A stretch of 64,000 nt of DNA from Polyangiales bacterium (GTDB lineage: Bacteria > Myxococcota_A > Polyangia > Polyangiales > JADJQN01): assembly GCA_964202905.1 (NCBI GenBank), contig CAXNJO010000005.1, positions 320,001-384,000 of the forward strand. The letters are read 5' to 3'. The translations under genes and the position numbers were made by a program. A model generated the notes under the pieces. It did not search any database. It saw only the letters and a list, made by a program, of their open reading frames with translations, and was not told the origin of the DNA. Below, piece after piece: positions 42,984-52,667 of the stretch (within the stretch, counting starts at the first letter, position 1; each line of letters opens with the position of its first letter).

Positions 42984-44099
42984 GTGGACGCCGTCGAGTT
43001 CGAGACCCTGCTCAATGACGTCGACACGAAGCTCGACCGCCTGAAGGTGCTCTACGAGCAGTGGTTCCAGGGGATGGAGCGGCTCGAGCCGACCATCGCG
43101 CGCAAGGAGCTCGAGCGCCGCGTCGCGCTCCTTCGCAAGGAGCAGCCGCGCAACACCGCGCTGCGCTTCCGCTTCCAGCAGTTCGTGATGCGCTACACGA
43201 CGCTGCAGACCTACTGGGGCCGCATCGCCCGGCAGATCGAGGAGGGCACGTACCGCCGCGATCTGCTGAAGGCGCGCAACGCGATGCTCGCCTCGCGCGG
43301 CAGCCGCAAGCGCACCACGGCCGAGCACGCGTTCGACATCGAGGTCGAGGTCGATGCGATCGAGGACGGGCTGGGTTTCGGCGCCGATCCGCTCACGAGC
43401 TCGACGATCCCGAAAGCGCCGCTGGTGCCCGTCGAGGTCACGCTGCCGCCCGCGCAGCGCCCCGTGATGTCGCCCATCGCGCCGCCGCCCGCGACGCCGG
43501 TCGGCCCCCCCGCCGCGCCCCGGCTCGTCTCGCCCTTCGCGCGGTCGGCGACGCGCGCGCCCGGCGCGCCCACGCAGCTGCCACCGGCGCCGCCGCTCGC
43601 CGTGCCGGGGGTCCCCGCCGGGCTCATCCGCGCCGCGCGCGCGTGCCAGCCCGCGCAGGCGCTGCGCCGCCGCCGGCCCCGCGCAGCCCGCAGCCGCGCA
43701 GCCCGCAGCCGCGCGCGCGTGGTGGCGACCGTCTCGCGCCCGAGCACCGCGCCGCGGCACCGTGCGCGCACCGCAGGCCGACGCCGGCGCGACACCGCTT
43801 GCGCCGCCAGCGCGCACTCGCTGCGCCGCCGCCCGCTGCACCGCCCCGCTGCGCCGCCGCCCGCCCCCGCGGCCCCGCCGCGCGCCGAATCGCTGAACGA
43901 CCAGGAGCTCCGCCGCGTCTACGACCGCTACGCCGAAGCGCGCCGCAAGAACAACGAGCCGAGCGTCTCCTTCGACGCCGTCGCGAAGAACCTCCGCGAC
44001 GTCGCCCCGAAGATGCGAGAGAAGTACGGCAAACCCGTGGATTTCGAGGTCGTGCTGAAGGACGGCAAGGTCGGTCTCAAGCCGGTCCCGAAAGGTTGA
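42984..44099 (+). CDS. MXAN_5187 C-terminal-domain-type protein
   Basis: LKVLYEQWFQG...IEEGTY N-terminal domain; C-terminal VDFEVVLKDGKVGLKP. Arg-rich stretch ~43620-43840 suggests compensating indels. Confidence 0.75.
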   Translation: MDAVEFETLLNDVDTKLDRLKVLYEQWFQGMERLEPTIARKELERRVALLRKEQPRNTALRFRFQQFVMRYTTLQTYWGRIARQIEEGTYRRDLLKARNAMLASRGSRKRTTAEHAFDIEVEVDAIEDGLGFGADPLTSSTIPKAPLVPVEVTLPPAQRPVMSPIAPPPATPVGPPAAPRLVSPFARSATRAPGAPTQLPPAPPLAVPGVPAGLIRAARACQPAQALRRRRPRAARSRAARSRARVVATVSRPSTAPRHRARTAGRRRRDTACAASAHSLRRRPLHRPAAPPPAPAAPPRAESLNDQELRRVYDRYAEARRKNNEPSVSFDAVAKNLRDVAPKMREKYGKPVDFEVVLKDGKVGLKPVPKG

Positions 44100-44181
44100 G
44101 GGCGCGGGCGCGCCCGACGTTCGCGTCGCGTGCGGCGGCGACGTGCCCGCACCGGCATCGTCGGCTAGTCTCGCGGCGTTT

Positions 44182-44255
44182 TCCCGAGTCGTCTAAGGGC
44201 AGGACAGTGGCCTTTGAAGCCATGAATCGTGGTTCGAATCCACGCTCGGGAACCA
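44182..44255 (+). tRNA. tRNA-Gln(TTG)
   Basis: Acceptor stem TCCCGAG/CTCGGGA, D arm GTC...GAC, anticodon arm GTGGC-CTTTGAA-GCCAT, T arm CGTGG-TTCGAAT-CCACG, encoded CCA. Confidence 0.95.
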
Positions 44256-44582
44256 CGCGCGCAGCGGTCGGACGTCGCGCGACGACCAGCGAGCGCGACC
44301 GTCGTGTCGGCCGTCACGGGCACGCCAGGACGACGGCCGGGCTCATCGTTGCAGCCTGAGAAACCTCTCTGGTTCGCGTTTAACCGCGGGATTCGCGGCG
44401 CCGTGCACCACACGCGGGGCAGCGTGTGGCGTCCGCTCGTTCCAACGTTGCGGCGCCGGAAACATGACGTTGTCGGCTCTACCGACGCGCGTCCGCTGCG
44501 TCCACGATTGGCGCCACGCGGCGACGCGCAGGGCCCCGCGCCGCTGATTCGTCTCCCACCCCCGCCGCGCCCGAGGTCCCGC

Positions 44583-45269
44583 ATGCGTCTCCACTCCCGT
44601 CCTCGCCACGTCGCCTCCGTCACGCTCGTCGTCGCCGCCCTCCTCGGCGCATGTGGCAGCGAGTCGACCGCTCCCGCCGCGTCCACCGGCCCCGCCACCG
44701 CGCCCACGCCGCCTGCACCCGCGGTACCGACGGCCGAAGCGCCCGCTGCCGCCGCCCCATCGGGCGTCGAGACGCTGCAGGCCGACCCCGCGGCGTCGTC
44801 GGTCGGGTTCACCGGCAGCAAGCTGACGGGCAGCCACGACGGCACGTTCACCCGCTTCACGGCGACGGTCGGGCTCGTCGGCGGCAAGGCCGAGGGCAGC
44901 TCCGTCTCCGTCGACATCGACATGGCGTCCCTCGCGATCGAGCCGGAGCGGCTGCGCGGGCACCTGCTGAGCCCCGACCTCTTCGACGCCGCGCAGTTCG
45001 CGCGCGCGACCTTCGCCTCGAGCGCCATCGTCCCCGCGACGGCGCCCGGCGCGACGCACACGGTCACCGGCAACCTCACGCTCCACGGCGTGACCAAGTC
45101 CGTCGCCTTCCCCGCGACGATCCGCGTCGCCGACGACGCCGTCGAGGCCCGCGCGGAGTTCACGCTCAACCGCCGCGACTTCGGCATCATCTACCCCGGC
45201 ATGCCCGACGACCTCATCCGCGACGAGGTCCCGCTGCGCCTCCAGCTCCGCGCGCCGCGGAGCCGCTGA
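44583..45269 (+). CDS. YceI family lipoprotein
   Basis: Lipobox LGAC; HLLSPDLFDAAQF, GNLTLHGVTK, LNRRDFGI. Confidence 0.92.
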   Translation: MRLHSRPRHVASVTLVVAALLGACGSESTAPAASTGPATAPTPPAPAVPTAEAPAAAAPSGVETLQADPAASSVGFTGSKLTGSHDGTFTRFTATVGLVGGKAEGSSVSVDIDMASLAIEPERLRGHLLSPDLFDAAQFARATFASSAIVPATAPGATHTVTGNLTLHGVTKSVAFPATIRVADDAVEARAEFTLNRRDFGIIYPGMPDDLIRDEVPLRLQLRAPRSR

Positions 45270-45424
45270 ACGACCCCGCATCCGCGCGCCACGGATCGGC
45301 GCGCGGCGCCACCCGACAGCCGTGGGCGAGCGCGGGTTCGCCCGGCCCACGGCCGGGTGCTGGTACGACCGCGCGTGTTAGCGTCGCCCGCGATGCCACG
45401 CCCCCCCCGACACGCCGCGCCGCG

Positions 45425-45841
45425 ATGTTGACCGGTGCGCGACTGGCCGATGCGAGACTGGCCGATGCGCGACCGTCCCGCGCGCGACTGTCCCGAGCGC
45501 TTTGGCTCGGCGCGCTCCTCCTCGCTGGGTGCCCGGCCTCACGCGTGCGCACGCCCACCGACGCCGCGACCGCGGACGCGCGCATGCCCACGGATGGACG
45601 CGCCGACGGCCCGGTGACCGCACGCGACGCCGCGATCGATCCGTTTCTCGTCGGGCAGATCCCAACGAGTTGCGGCGCGCCCGATCAGGGGCTCGTGCCC
45701 ATCGACTGCACGGCGCGCGGCGACGCGGACGCGTTCTGCGTGTTCGGCAATCACTGCGGATGCAGCGAGGGATTTCGCTGCGAGGTGCGCGGAGACTTCG
45801 AGCCCGAGTGCGATCCCGGCGTCGTGTGCGTGCCGCGCTGA
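45425..45841 (+). CDS. Small Cys-rich lipoprotein (start uncertain)
   Basis: Lipobox LAGC; C-terminal domain with 8 Cys. Confidence 0.65.
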   Translation: MLTGARLADARLADARPSRARLSRALWLGALLLAGCPASRVRTPTDAATADARMPTDGRADGPVTARDAAIDPFLVGQIPTSCGAPDQGLVPIDCTARGDADAFCVFGNHCGCSEGFRCEVRGDFEPECDPGVVCVPR

Positions 45842-45848
45842 GGCGCGC

Positions 45849-48800
45849 TCAGTGCGCCGCAGGCTCAGCGGGAGGCGCGGCGCGGCGGACGCCCGCGACG
45901 CGCGCGTAGACGGCCGGAAGCACGACGAGCGTGAGCAGCGTGGAGGTGACGAGGCCGCCGACGACCACGGTCGCGAGCGGCGCCTGCACCTCGGCGCCGA
46001 CGCCGCGCGCGACCATCATCGGGACGAAGCCGAGCCCTGCGACGAGCGCGGTCATCAACACGGGGCGCAGGCGGCTCTGCGCGGCACGTACGGCGGCCTC
46101 CGCGGGCGTCGCGCCGGCCTCCTCCTCGGCGTGCACGCGCGAGACGAGCACGACGCCGTTCATCACGGCGATGCCCGAGAGCGCGATGAAGCCGATGGCC
46201 GCGGAGATCGAGATCGGCAGGCCGCGCAGCCAGAGCAGCGCGACCCCGCCGAGCGCCGCGAAGGGCACGTTGGCGAACACGAGCAGCGCGCTGCGCCAGC
46301 GGCCGAGCGCGCGGTAGAGCAGCACGAGCACCGCGAAGAGCACGATGGGCACGACGAGCAGCAGCCGGAGCCGCGCCTGCTCGAGGTTCTCGTATTGTCC
46401 GCCCCAGCGCGGCAGATAACCCGGCGGCAGCTGGACCTCACGGTCGAAGCGCGACTGCGCCTCGGCGACGACGGAGCCGAGGTCGCGGCCGCGCACGTTG
46501 AACGCGATCACGATGCGGCGCTCGCCCTGCGCGTGGTCGACGAGGGCCGGCGTTTGCACCGTCGTCACGTCGGCGACGCGCGAGAGCGGCACGACGCCGC
46601 CCGCCTCCGTCGGGACGGGCGCGCGCGCGAGGTCGAACGCGCTCGTCGTCCCCGAGAGCCGCACGCGCACGGGGACGCGGACGGGCCCGTCGCTCGTCAC
46701 GCCGACGGTGATCCCGGTGCGCTGCGCGGCGACGACGTCGAGCACGTCGCGGTCGTCGAGCCCGACCTGCGCGGCGTCGAGCGCCCGCGGGACGACGTCG
46801 AGCACCGGCACCGACGGCGGCGAGGTGACGCGCACGTCGACCGCCCCCGGCACGCGACGCAGCAGCGCGGCGGAGGCCTCGCCGAGGCGCTGCAGCGTGT
46901 CGAGCTCGGGGCCCTGGATCGCGAGGCTCACGTCGCTCGTCGTGCCGCCGAGCAGCTCGTTGAAGCGCATCTGGATCGGGTGCGTGAAGCTGGTTTCGAG
47001 GCTCGGATCGACGCCATGGATCGCGGCGTCGAGCTCCTCGATGAGCGCGTCGTGCGTGAGCCCGGCGCGCCACGCGCCGCGCGGGCGCATCGAGAGGAAG
47101 AGGTCCGACTGCTCGATGCCCATGATGTCGGTCGCGACGGTCGGGCTGCCGATGCGGTGGCTCGCGCGGATGACCTCCGGCACGCCGAGCAGCGCGCGCT
47201 CGATGCCCGCGGCGCGCGCGACCTGCGCCTCGAGCGAGACGTCCGCGTGGCTGGTCGTCTGCACGACGAGGTCGCCCTCGTCGAGCGTCGGGATGAACTC
47301 CGTGCCCGACCGCGCGAAGAGCAGCGCGCCGCCCACCATGCCCGCGACCACGAGCGCGAGGAGCAGACGCGGGCGCGGCTGCGTGCGCGGCAGGACGCGG
47401 CGGTAGAGCGCGTCGGCCGCGCGCACGAGGATCGGGTCGCGGACGGGGACGTCCTCGAAGCGCACGAAGGTCGCGAGCGCCGCCGGCACGAAGGTCAGGC
47501 TGAGCAGCAGCGCGGTCGAGAGCGCGAAGAGCACGGTGAGCGCCATCGGGCGGAACATCACGCCCTCGACGCCGCCGAGCGTGACGACCGGCACGTAGAC
47601 GAGCCCGATGATCGCGACCGCGTAAAACACGGGGCGCGCGACCTGCGCGGTGGTCTGCGCGATCGTCTCGCGCACCTCGGCGGGGCCGGGCTGGTCCCCG
47701 TGCGCGCGGCGGTGCGCGAGCGCGTGGAAGGTCGTCTCGACGACCACGACCGCGCCGTCGACGAGCAGCCCGAAGTCGAGCGCGCCGAGGCTCATGAGGT
47801 TGCCGGGCACGCCGAGCGCGACCATCCACACGACGGCGCCGAGCATCGAGAGCGGGATCACGCTCGCGACGAGGCTGCCCGCGCGGACACTCCCGAGCAT
47901 CGCGAAGAGCACGAGCGCGACGAGCACGCCGCCTTCGATCAGGCTGCGTCCGACGGTGCGCAGCGTGGCGTGGACGAGGTCGCTGCGGTCGTAGGTGACG
48001 TCGAGCGTGACGTCCGCGGGCAGGCTGCGCCGCACCGAAGGCAGCGCCGCGTGGATGCGCGCCATCACCTCGAGCGCGTTCGCGCCCGTGAGCATCTGGC
48101 ACATCACGTAGACGACCTCGCCGCGTGCGTTGGACGTGCCCGCGCCGATGCGCGGGGCGGCGCCCTCCTCGACGCGCGCGACGTCCGAGAGCCGCGCCCA
48201 CACGCCGTCGCGCCCCCGCAGGAGCGCGGCGCCGAGCTCCGCCGGTCGCACGGGCTGCGCGCGGCCGCGGAGCAGCACGTGGCTCGGTCCCGCCGGGAGG
48301 CTCGCGCCCGGCGCCGAGCCCACCGCGCGCTCCGTCGCCTCCGCGAGCGCGCGGAGCGTGACCCCACGACGCGCCATCGCGTGCGGGTCGCCGACGACGT
48401 CGAGCGTGCGCCGCGCGCCGCCCCACGGGTTGACCTCGACGACGCCGCCGACCGAGCGCAGCAGCGGCGCGAGGCGCTGCTCGACCAGCTCGAGCAGCTC
48501 GGTGGGCGGGCGCGTGCGCGAGCCGATCACGAACTGGAAGATCTCGCCGAGGCCGCCGCTCATCGGGCCGAGCTCCGGCGGATCGACGCCCGGCGGGAGC
48601 ACGCCGCCGACCGACGCGAGGCGCTCGCCGACGAGCTGGCGCGCGCGCACGAGGTCGTAGTCGCGCTCGAAGACGACCGTGACGGCGGAGATGCCGTAGC
48701 GCGAGAGGCTGCGCTGGGCGGTCGCGCCGGGCAGGCCGCCGAGGCTCACCTCCACGGGGCGCGTGACGAGACGCTCGACCTCCTCGGGGGTGAGGCCGGG

Positions 48801-48959
48801 CGCGCGCGTGAGCACCACGACCTGCGCACCGGTGACGTCGGGCAGCGCGTCGAAGCGCAGCTCGCGGCCGACGATCGCCGCCGCGACCGCGAGGACGAGC
48901 ACCGTCGCGAGCACGGCGACGCGATGCTCGACGGAGGCGCGCGCGAGGCGTTCGATCAC
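45849..48959 (-). CDS. CusA/CzcA family heavy-metal RND permease
   Basis: DALPDVT, NLMSLGALDFGLLVDGAVV, EGVMFRPMA, RLRPVLMTALVA, EVQAPLATVVVGG. Confidence 0.93.
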   Translation of the reverse strand: MIERLARASVEHRVAVLATVLVLAVAAAIVGRELRFDALPDVTGAQVVVLTRAPGLTPEEVERLVTRPVEVSLGGLPGATAQRSLSRYGISAVTVVFERDYDLVRARQLVGERLASVGGVLPPGVDPPELGPMSGGLGEIFQFVIGSRTRPPTELLELVEQRLAPLLRSVGGVVEVNPWGGARRTLDVVGDPHAMARRGVTLRALAEATERAVGSAPGASLPAGPSHVLLRGRAQPVRPAELGAALLRGRDGVWARLSDVARVEEGAAPRIGAGTSNARGEVVYVMCQMLTGANALEVMARIHAALPSVRRSLPADVTLDVTYDRSDLVHATLRTVGRSLIEGGVLVALVLFAMLGSVRAGSLVASVIPLSMLGAVVWMVALGVPGNLMSLGALDFGLLVDGAVVVVETTFHALAHRRAHGDQPGPAEVRETIAQTTAQVARPVFYAVAIIGLVYVPVVTLGGVEGVMFRPMALTVLFALSTALLLSLTFVPAALATFVRFEDVPVRDPILVRAADALYRRVLPRTQPRPRLLLALVVAGMVGGALLFARSGTEFIPTLDEGDLVVQTTSHADVSLEAQVARAAGIERALLGVPEVIRASHRIGSPTVATDIMGIEQSDLFLSMRPRGAWRAGLTHDALIEELDAAIHGVDPSLETSFTHPIQMRFNELLGGTTSDVSLAIQGPELDTLQRLGEASAALLRRVPGAVDVRVTSPPSVPVLDVVPRALDAAQVGLDDRDVLDVVAAQRTGITVGVTSDGPVRVPVRVRLSGTTSAFDLARAPVPTEAGGVVPLSRVADVTTVQTPALVDHAQGERRIVIAFNVRGRDLGSVVAEAQSRFDREVQLPPGYLPRWGGQYENLEQARLRLLLVVPIVLFAVLVLLYRALGRWRSALLVFANVPFAALGGVALLWLRGLPISISAAIGFIALSGIAVMNGVVLVSRVHAEEEAGATPAEAAVRAAQSRLRPVLMTALVAGLGFVPMMVARGVGAEVQAPLATVVVGGLVTSTLLTLVVLPAVYARVAGVRRAAPPAEPAAH

Positions 48960-50049
48960 TCCTCTTCCCCCATCACGCGCTGCGGATCGAGCGACACGCG
49001 CTCGCCGGGCGCGAGCGGCCCGCGCACGATCGCGCGCGTGGCGGAGGCCGTGAGCACCACGACCTCGATGCGCGCGGGTGCGCCCTCGCGCCCACGACGT
49101 TCGACGTAGACGCGCCCCCCCTCGAGCGCGAGCGCCTGCGCGTCGACCTCGACGACGCCCGCCCCCGCGAGCGACGCGCGCACGCTGCCGTGCAGCCCGC
49201 CGACCAGCGGCGCGGCCCCCGCGACGGGCTCGAGCCACACGACACGCATCCCGTCGCGCGGGTCGATCGTCTCGGCGAGCGTCTGCGCGTCGAGGGCGGT
49301 GCGCGACCCATCGAGCCCCACGAACGCGAGCGTCTGCGCCCACGGGCAGCGGCTGCGCGAGCCGCGCCTCGACGCGCGCGGGCGCGAGCGCGACGAGCGA
49401 CGCGAGCGGCGCGCCCTGCGGCTCACGGACCTCGCCGATCGACGCGGACACGTCGCGCACCGTGCCGGCGATGGGCGCCGTCAGCGTCACGAAGCCCTGC
49501 CGCAGCACGCGCGCGCCATCGGACGGCGAGAGTGAGGCCGCGCGCAGCGTCGCGAGCGCCTGCGCCTGCTCCGCGTCGAGCGTCGCGAGCTCCGTGTCCT
49601 GCTCGAAGACGCGCGCCCGATCGACGAGCCCCTCCTGCTGCAGGGACTCGAGCTCGGTGCGCCGCTGCGCGCGCAACGTGCGGCGCGGGGCCACCGACGC
49701 CCAGCGCGCGGCGGCCTCGAGCACCGCGGGCATGACGACGTCGACGATGGGCGCGCCCACCTCGACGTGATCGCCCGCGCGCACGTGCACGCGCAGCACG
49801 CGCGCCGGGTGCGAAGGCGCGACGTGCGCCTCGGAGCCCGGCGCGGGCACGACGTGCGCCGGCGCCTCGAGCAGCGCGAGATCCGAGGGCGCGACGACGT
49901 CCGTCCAGCGCGGCTCGCGCGTCGCAGGCGCCTCGGCCTCGTCGGCCCGCCGACTCCGCGGGCGCGCCGCCGCTGCAGCCGCCGAGCGCGAGCGCCACGG
50001 CGAGCGCGCAGGCCGCGCGCCCCGATGTCCAGCGACGCTCACTCCGCAT
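48956..50049 (-). CDS. RND periplasmic adaptor, CzcB-like (frameshifts ~49950 and ~49340)
   Basis: Lipobox LGGC; VRAGDHVEVG and LTAPIAGTV lipoyl halves; pieces lie in more than one frame. Confidence 0.82.
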
Positions 50050-51379
50050 GGGTCCCCCTCACCGCGAGCAGCAGCCACGCACGCACCGCAGCCCAGGCGT
50101 GCTCGGTGTCGGCCCGCGTGAGCGCGGCGCGCGCCTCGACCACGCGCTGCGTCGTGTCGAGCAGCACGAGCACCGTCGTCTCTCCCGCCGCGAGCTGTCG
50201 CTCCCGCGCCGCGAGCAGCGCCTCGAGCGAGGGCACGCGCTCGCGACGGAAGCTTTCGGCGACGGCCGCCGTGTGCTCGACCTCGTGCGCGACGCGGTGC
50301 GCCTCGCGCTGCCAGGCGAGCGCCGCCTCCTCCGCGTGTCCCGCGCGCAGCTCCGTCTCCTCCCGCACGAGCGCGCGCTCGCGCGCCGCGAGATCGGCGA
50401 GCGGCACGCTCACGCCGAGCTGCCCGAAGAGCAGCAGCCCCGCGGGCGACTCGCGGTACGCGATGACGTCCGCATCGAAGCGCGCGCCGCGGGCCGCGGC
50501 GACCTCGACCTCGCGCGCACGGCTCGCGAGCACGCGCAGGCGCGCGGCGACGACCTCCGGCGTGCCGGAGACGTCGCGCAGCACGCGCTCGATCTCCTCC
50601 GGCGCAGGCAGCGGCGGCACCGGCAGCGCCCCCTCCGTCGCGAGGCGCTCGACGTCGGCGCTCCCGAGCGCGGCGCCGAGATCCACCTGCGCGTCGACCA
50701 GCTCGCCCTGCACGCCGAGCACGTCCGCGCGCGCCTCGGAGACGTAGGCGCGCGCCTCGGCGACGTCCGCGCGGGTCGCGAGCCCCACCGACGCCGCGCG
50801 CTCCGTTCGCTCGAGGGAGCGCTCCGCGAGACCGAGCGCCTCGCGCGCCGTGCCGAGGTGCGCCTCCGCTTCGCGCAGCGACATCCACGCGCGCGCCGCG
50901 AGCAGGCGATGCGAGAGCGCCGCCGCGCGCCCCTCCGCCGCCCGCGCCCGCCGCTCCTCGACCGCCGTGCGGCGCTGCGAGCCGGCCAGCCCCGCGAGGT
51001 TCCAGCTGTGCCCCAGCTGCACCTGCCCCTCGAAGCCGCGATCCTCGGCGGTGAACGCCCGCACGCCGGGCATCGCGTAGAAGCGGCTCGCCTCCGTGGT
51101 GCCTGAGATCCGCGCGTCCCCGCTCGTCCGCGCGGCGAGCGCACGCTCCGAAGCGCGGACCGCAGGCGTGCGCGCGGCGAGACCGATCGCCGCATCGAAG
51201 CTCACCGCCTGCGCCGCCGCGGCCGTGGGCGCGAGCAGGCCGAGCGCGAGGCCGAGCACGAGGACGAAGCCGCGCGCGCGGAGTGCGTCACGCGCGCGGA
51301 CGCAGTGGGCCAGGCCGAGGCTGCGCCCCAGACCCGCCACGCCTGGAGCCCCGACGCCGCTCGGCGATTCGCGGATCAC
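50039..51379 (-). CDS. TolC/CzcC family outer-membrane efflux protein (start uncertain)
   Basis: Signal peptide, helical repeats, GVSVPL, AGETTVLVLL; first gene of the RND operon. Confidence 0.82.
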   Translation of the reverse strand: MIRESPSGVGAPGVAGLGRSLGLAHCVRARDALRARGFVLVLGLALGLLAPTAAAAQAVSFDAAIGLAARTPAVRASERALAARTSGDARISGTTEASRFYAMPGVRAFTAEDRGFEGQVQLGHSWNLAGLAGSQRRTAVEERRARAAEGRAAALSHRLLAARAWMSLREAEAHLGTAREALGLAERSLERTERAASVGLATRADVAEARAYVSEARADVLGVQGELVDAQVDLGAALGSADVERLATEGALPVPPLPAPEEIERVLRDVSGTPEVVAARLRVLASRAREVEVAAARGARFDADVIAYRESPAGLLLFGQLGVSVPLADLAARERALVREETELRAGHAEEAALAWQREAHRVAHEVEHTAAVAESFRRERVPSLEALLAARERQLAAGETTVLVLLDTTQRVVEARAALTRADTEHAWAAVRAWLLLAVRGTHAE

Positions 51380-51701
51380 GGCCGCTCTATACCCGAACGC
51401 CGCGGCGGCCGCAGGGCGATCGCGCCGCGGATCATGACCGAATCTGGAAAACATGGAACGCTGCGTGATCCCTCGATGTATGCGCCGCGGACCGGCGCGC
51501 CAGCCCGGGCGGGGCCCGACAACGGCAAGGTCGCTGGAGCGCGCGACGCGAGCGGCTGCCAAGGACCTGAAACGTGGCCCGCTGCACGATGGCGCGCAGC
51601 GACCCGACCGAGCGCAGCATCGTGCGCGTCGCGCCCCGACGGGCGCCGCCGCACGTCGTGGCGCACGCCGACCACGACCCACCACGCATGTCGGGACGCG
51701 G

Positions 51702-51718
51702 TTTAAGAAAGCGTAAGG
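51702..51718 (+). promoter_or_regulatory. TAAG-N6-TAAG direct repeat, candidate winged-helix binding site
   Basis: ttTAAGaaagcgTAAGg, an AT-rich island about 50 bp upstream of ATG 51766. Confidence 0.45.
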
Positions 51719-51765
51719 AGCGGGCGGCGATGCCCGCCGACAGGATGGCGCTCGGAGGTCATCTC

Positions 51766-52585
51766 ATGTCCCGTTTCATCTCGTCCCCCATCGCGGTCTC
51801 CCTGTTGACGGTCGTGCTCGGCGCCTGCGCCGGCGACCCGCTCGTGCCCGGCGCAGCCAGCGACGCGCTCCTCGCCAACGTGGGGCGGCCGTGGCTCACC
51901 GCGCCCGTCCAGGTCGGTACCACGCGGCTCGATCTCGCCGCCGAACCGCGCACGGTCGTCCTCCAGGCGGCCGAAACCTACGCCCGCGCGCGCGGCCTCT
52001 CGGTGATCGACTACCGCACGCGGGTTGCGACCTCTTTGTCGGGTCCCCGCCCCGCCGCGCCGCCCCCGGGCGCCTCGATCGCCGGGCTGCTCGGCCTCTC
52101 CCAATTCGGCGGCATCGCGTGCCTGTGGAACCTGCACCGATGTCTGTCGGCGACCCAGAACCAGCTCGACGCCTGCCTCGACCAGGAGTGTCCTGGCGCC
52201 TCGCACGTCGACGTCGAGGACTGCACGGACATCGGCTTGCAGGACTTCAAGGACTGCGAGTTCTCGTGCGGCGCGGACATGCCCGACGGCGACGAGGAAG
52301 ACGCGTGCGTGCGCGCGTTCAAGCCGGGCCCGCTGCCCGCGCCCGGACCCGGCGGCTTCACCCCGCCCGAGGGCCCGGACGGCGGCCTGTTCGGGGAGTG
52401 CAATGGTGCGAACGCGGACGCCTGCGACGCGGGGGACACGGTCTACACCGACTCGAACGGCGACATCGTGGACGTGGACTGCACGTTCTACACGCTCGAC
52501 GACCCGACGCGGTCGGACGACTGCTACTGCCAGTGCAGCGAGATCCGCGCCGCGAGTTCCGAGGTCGAGTTCCTGCTCGGAGTGA
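51766..52585 (+). CDS. Cys-rich lipoprotein of unknown function (3' end inferred)
   Basis: GGAGG SD, lipobox LGAC, many Cys and acidic residues. Removing one G at ctcggag gives ...EFLLE* with TGA at 52583-52585. Confidence 0.65.
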
Positions 52586-52667
52586 GCGCGCGCCCCGCCC
52601 GGGCGCTTCCGGACACGTCTCGCCCGCCCCTGCTTGCCCGGCAGGAGGCGGGCGCTAGCGTCGCGGC

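Noticed and set aside
44182..44255. tRNA-Gln as the attachment site of an integrated element
   Set aside because: No integrase and no duplicate of the tRNA 3' end were seen in the window.
45849..50888. 1679-aa adaptor-permease RND fusion
   Set aside because: Frameshift artefact; the adaptor ends at 48956 with a GTGA overlap onto the permease start, as in a normal three-gene operon.
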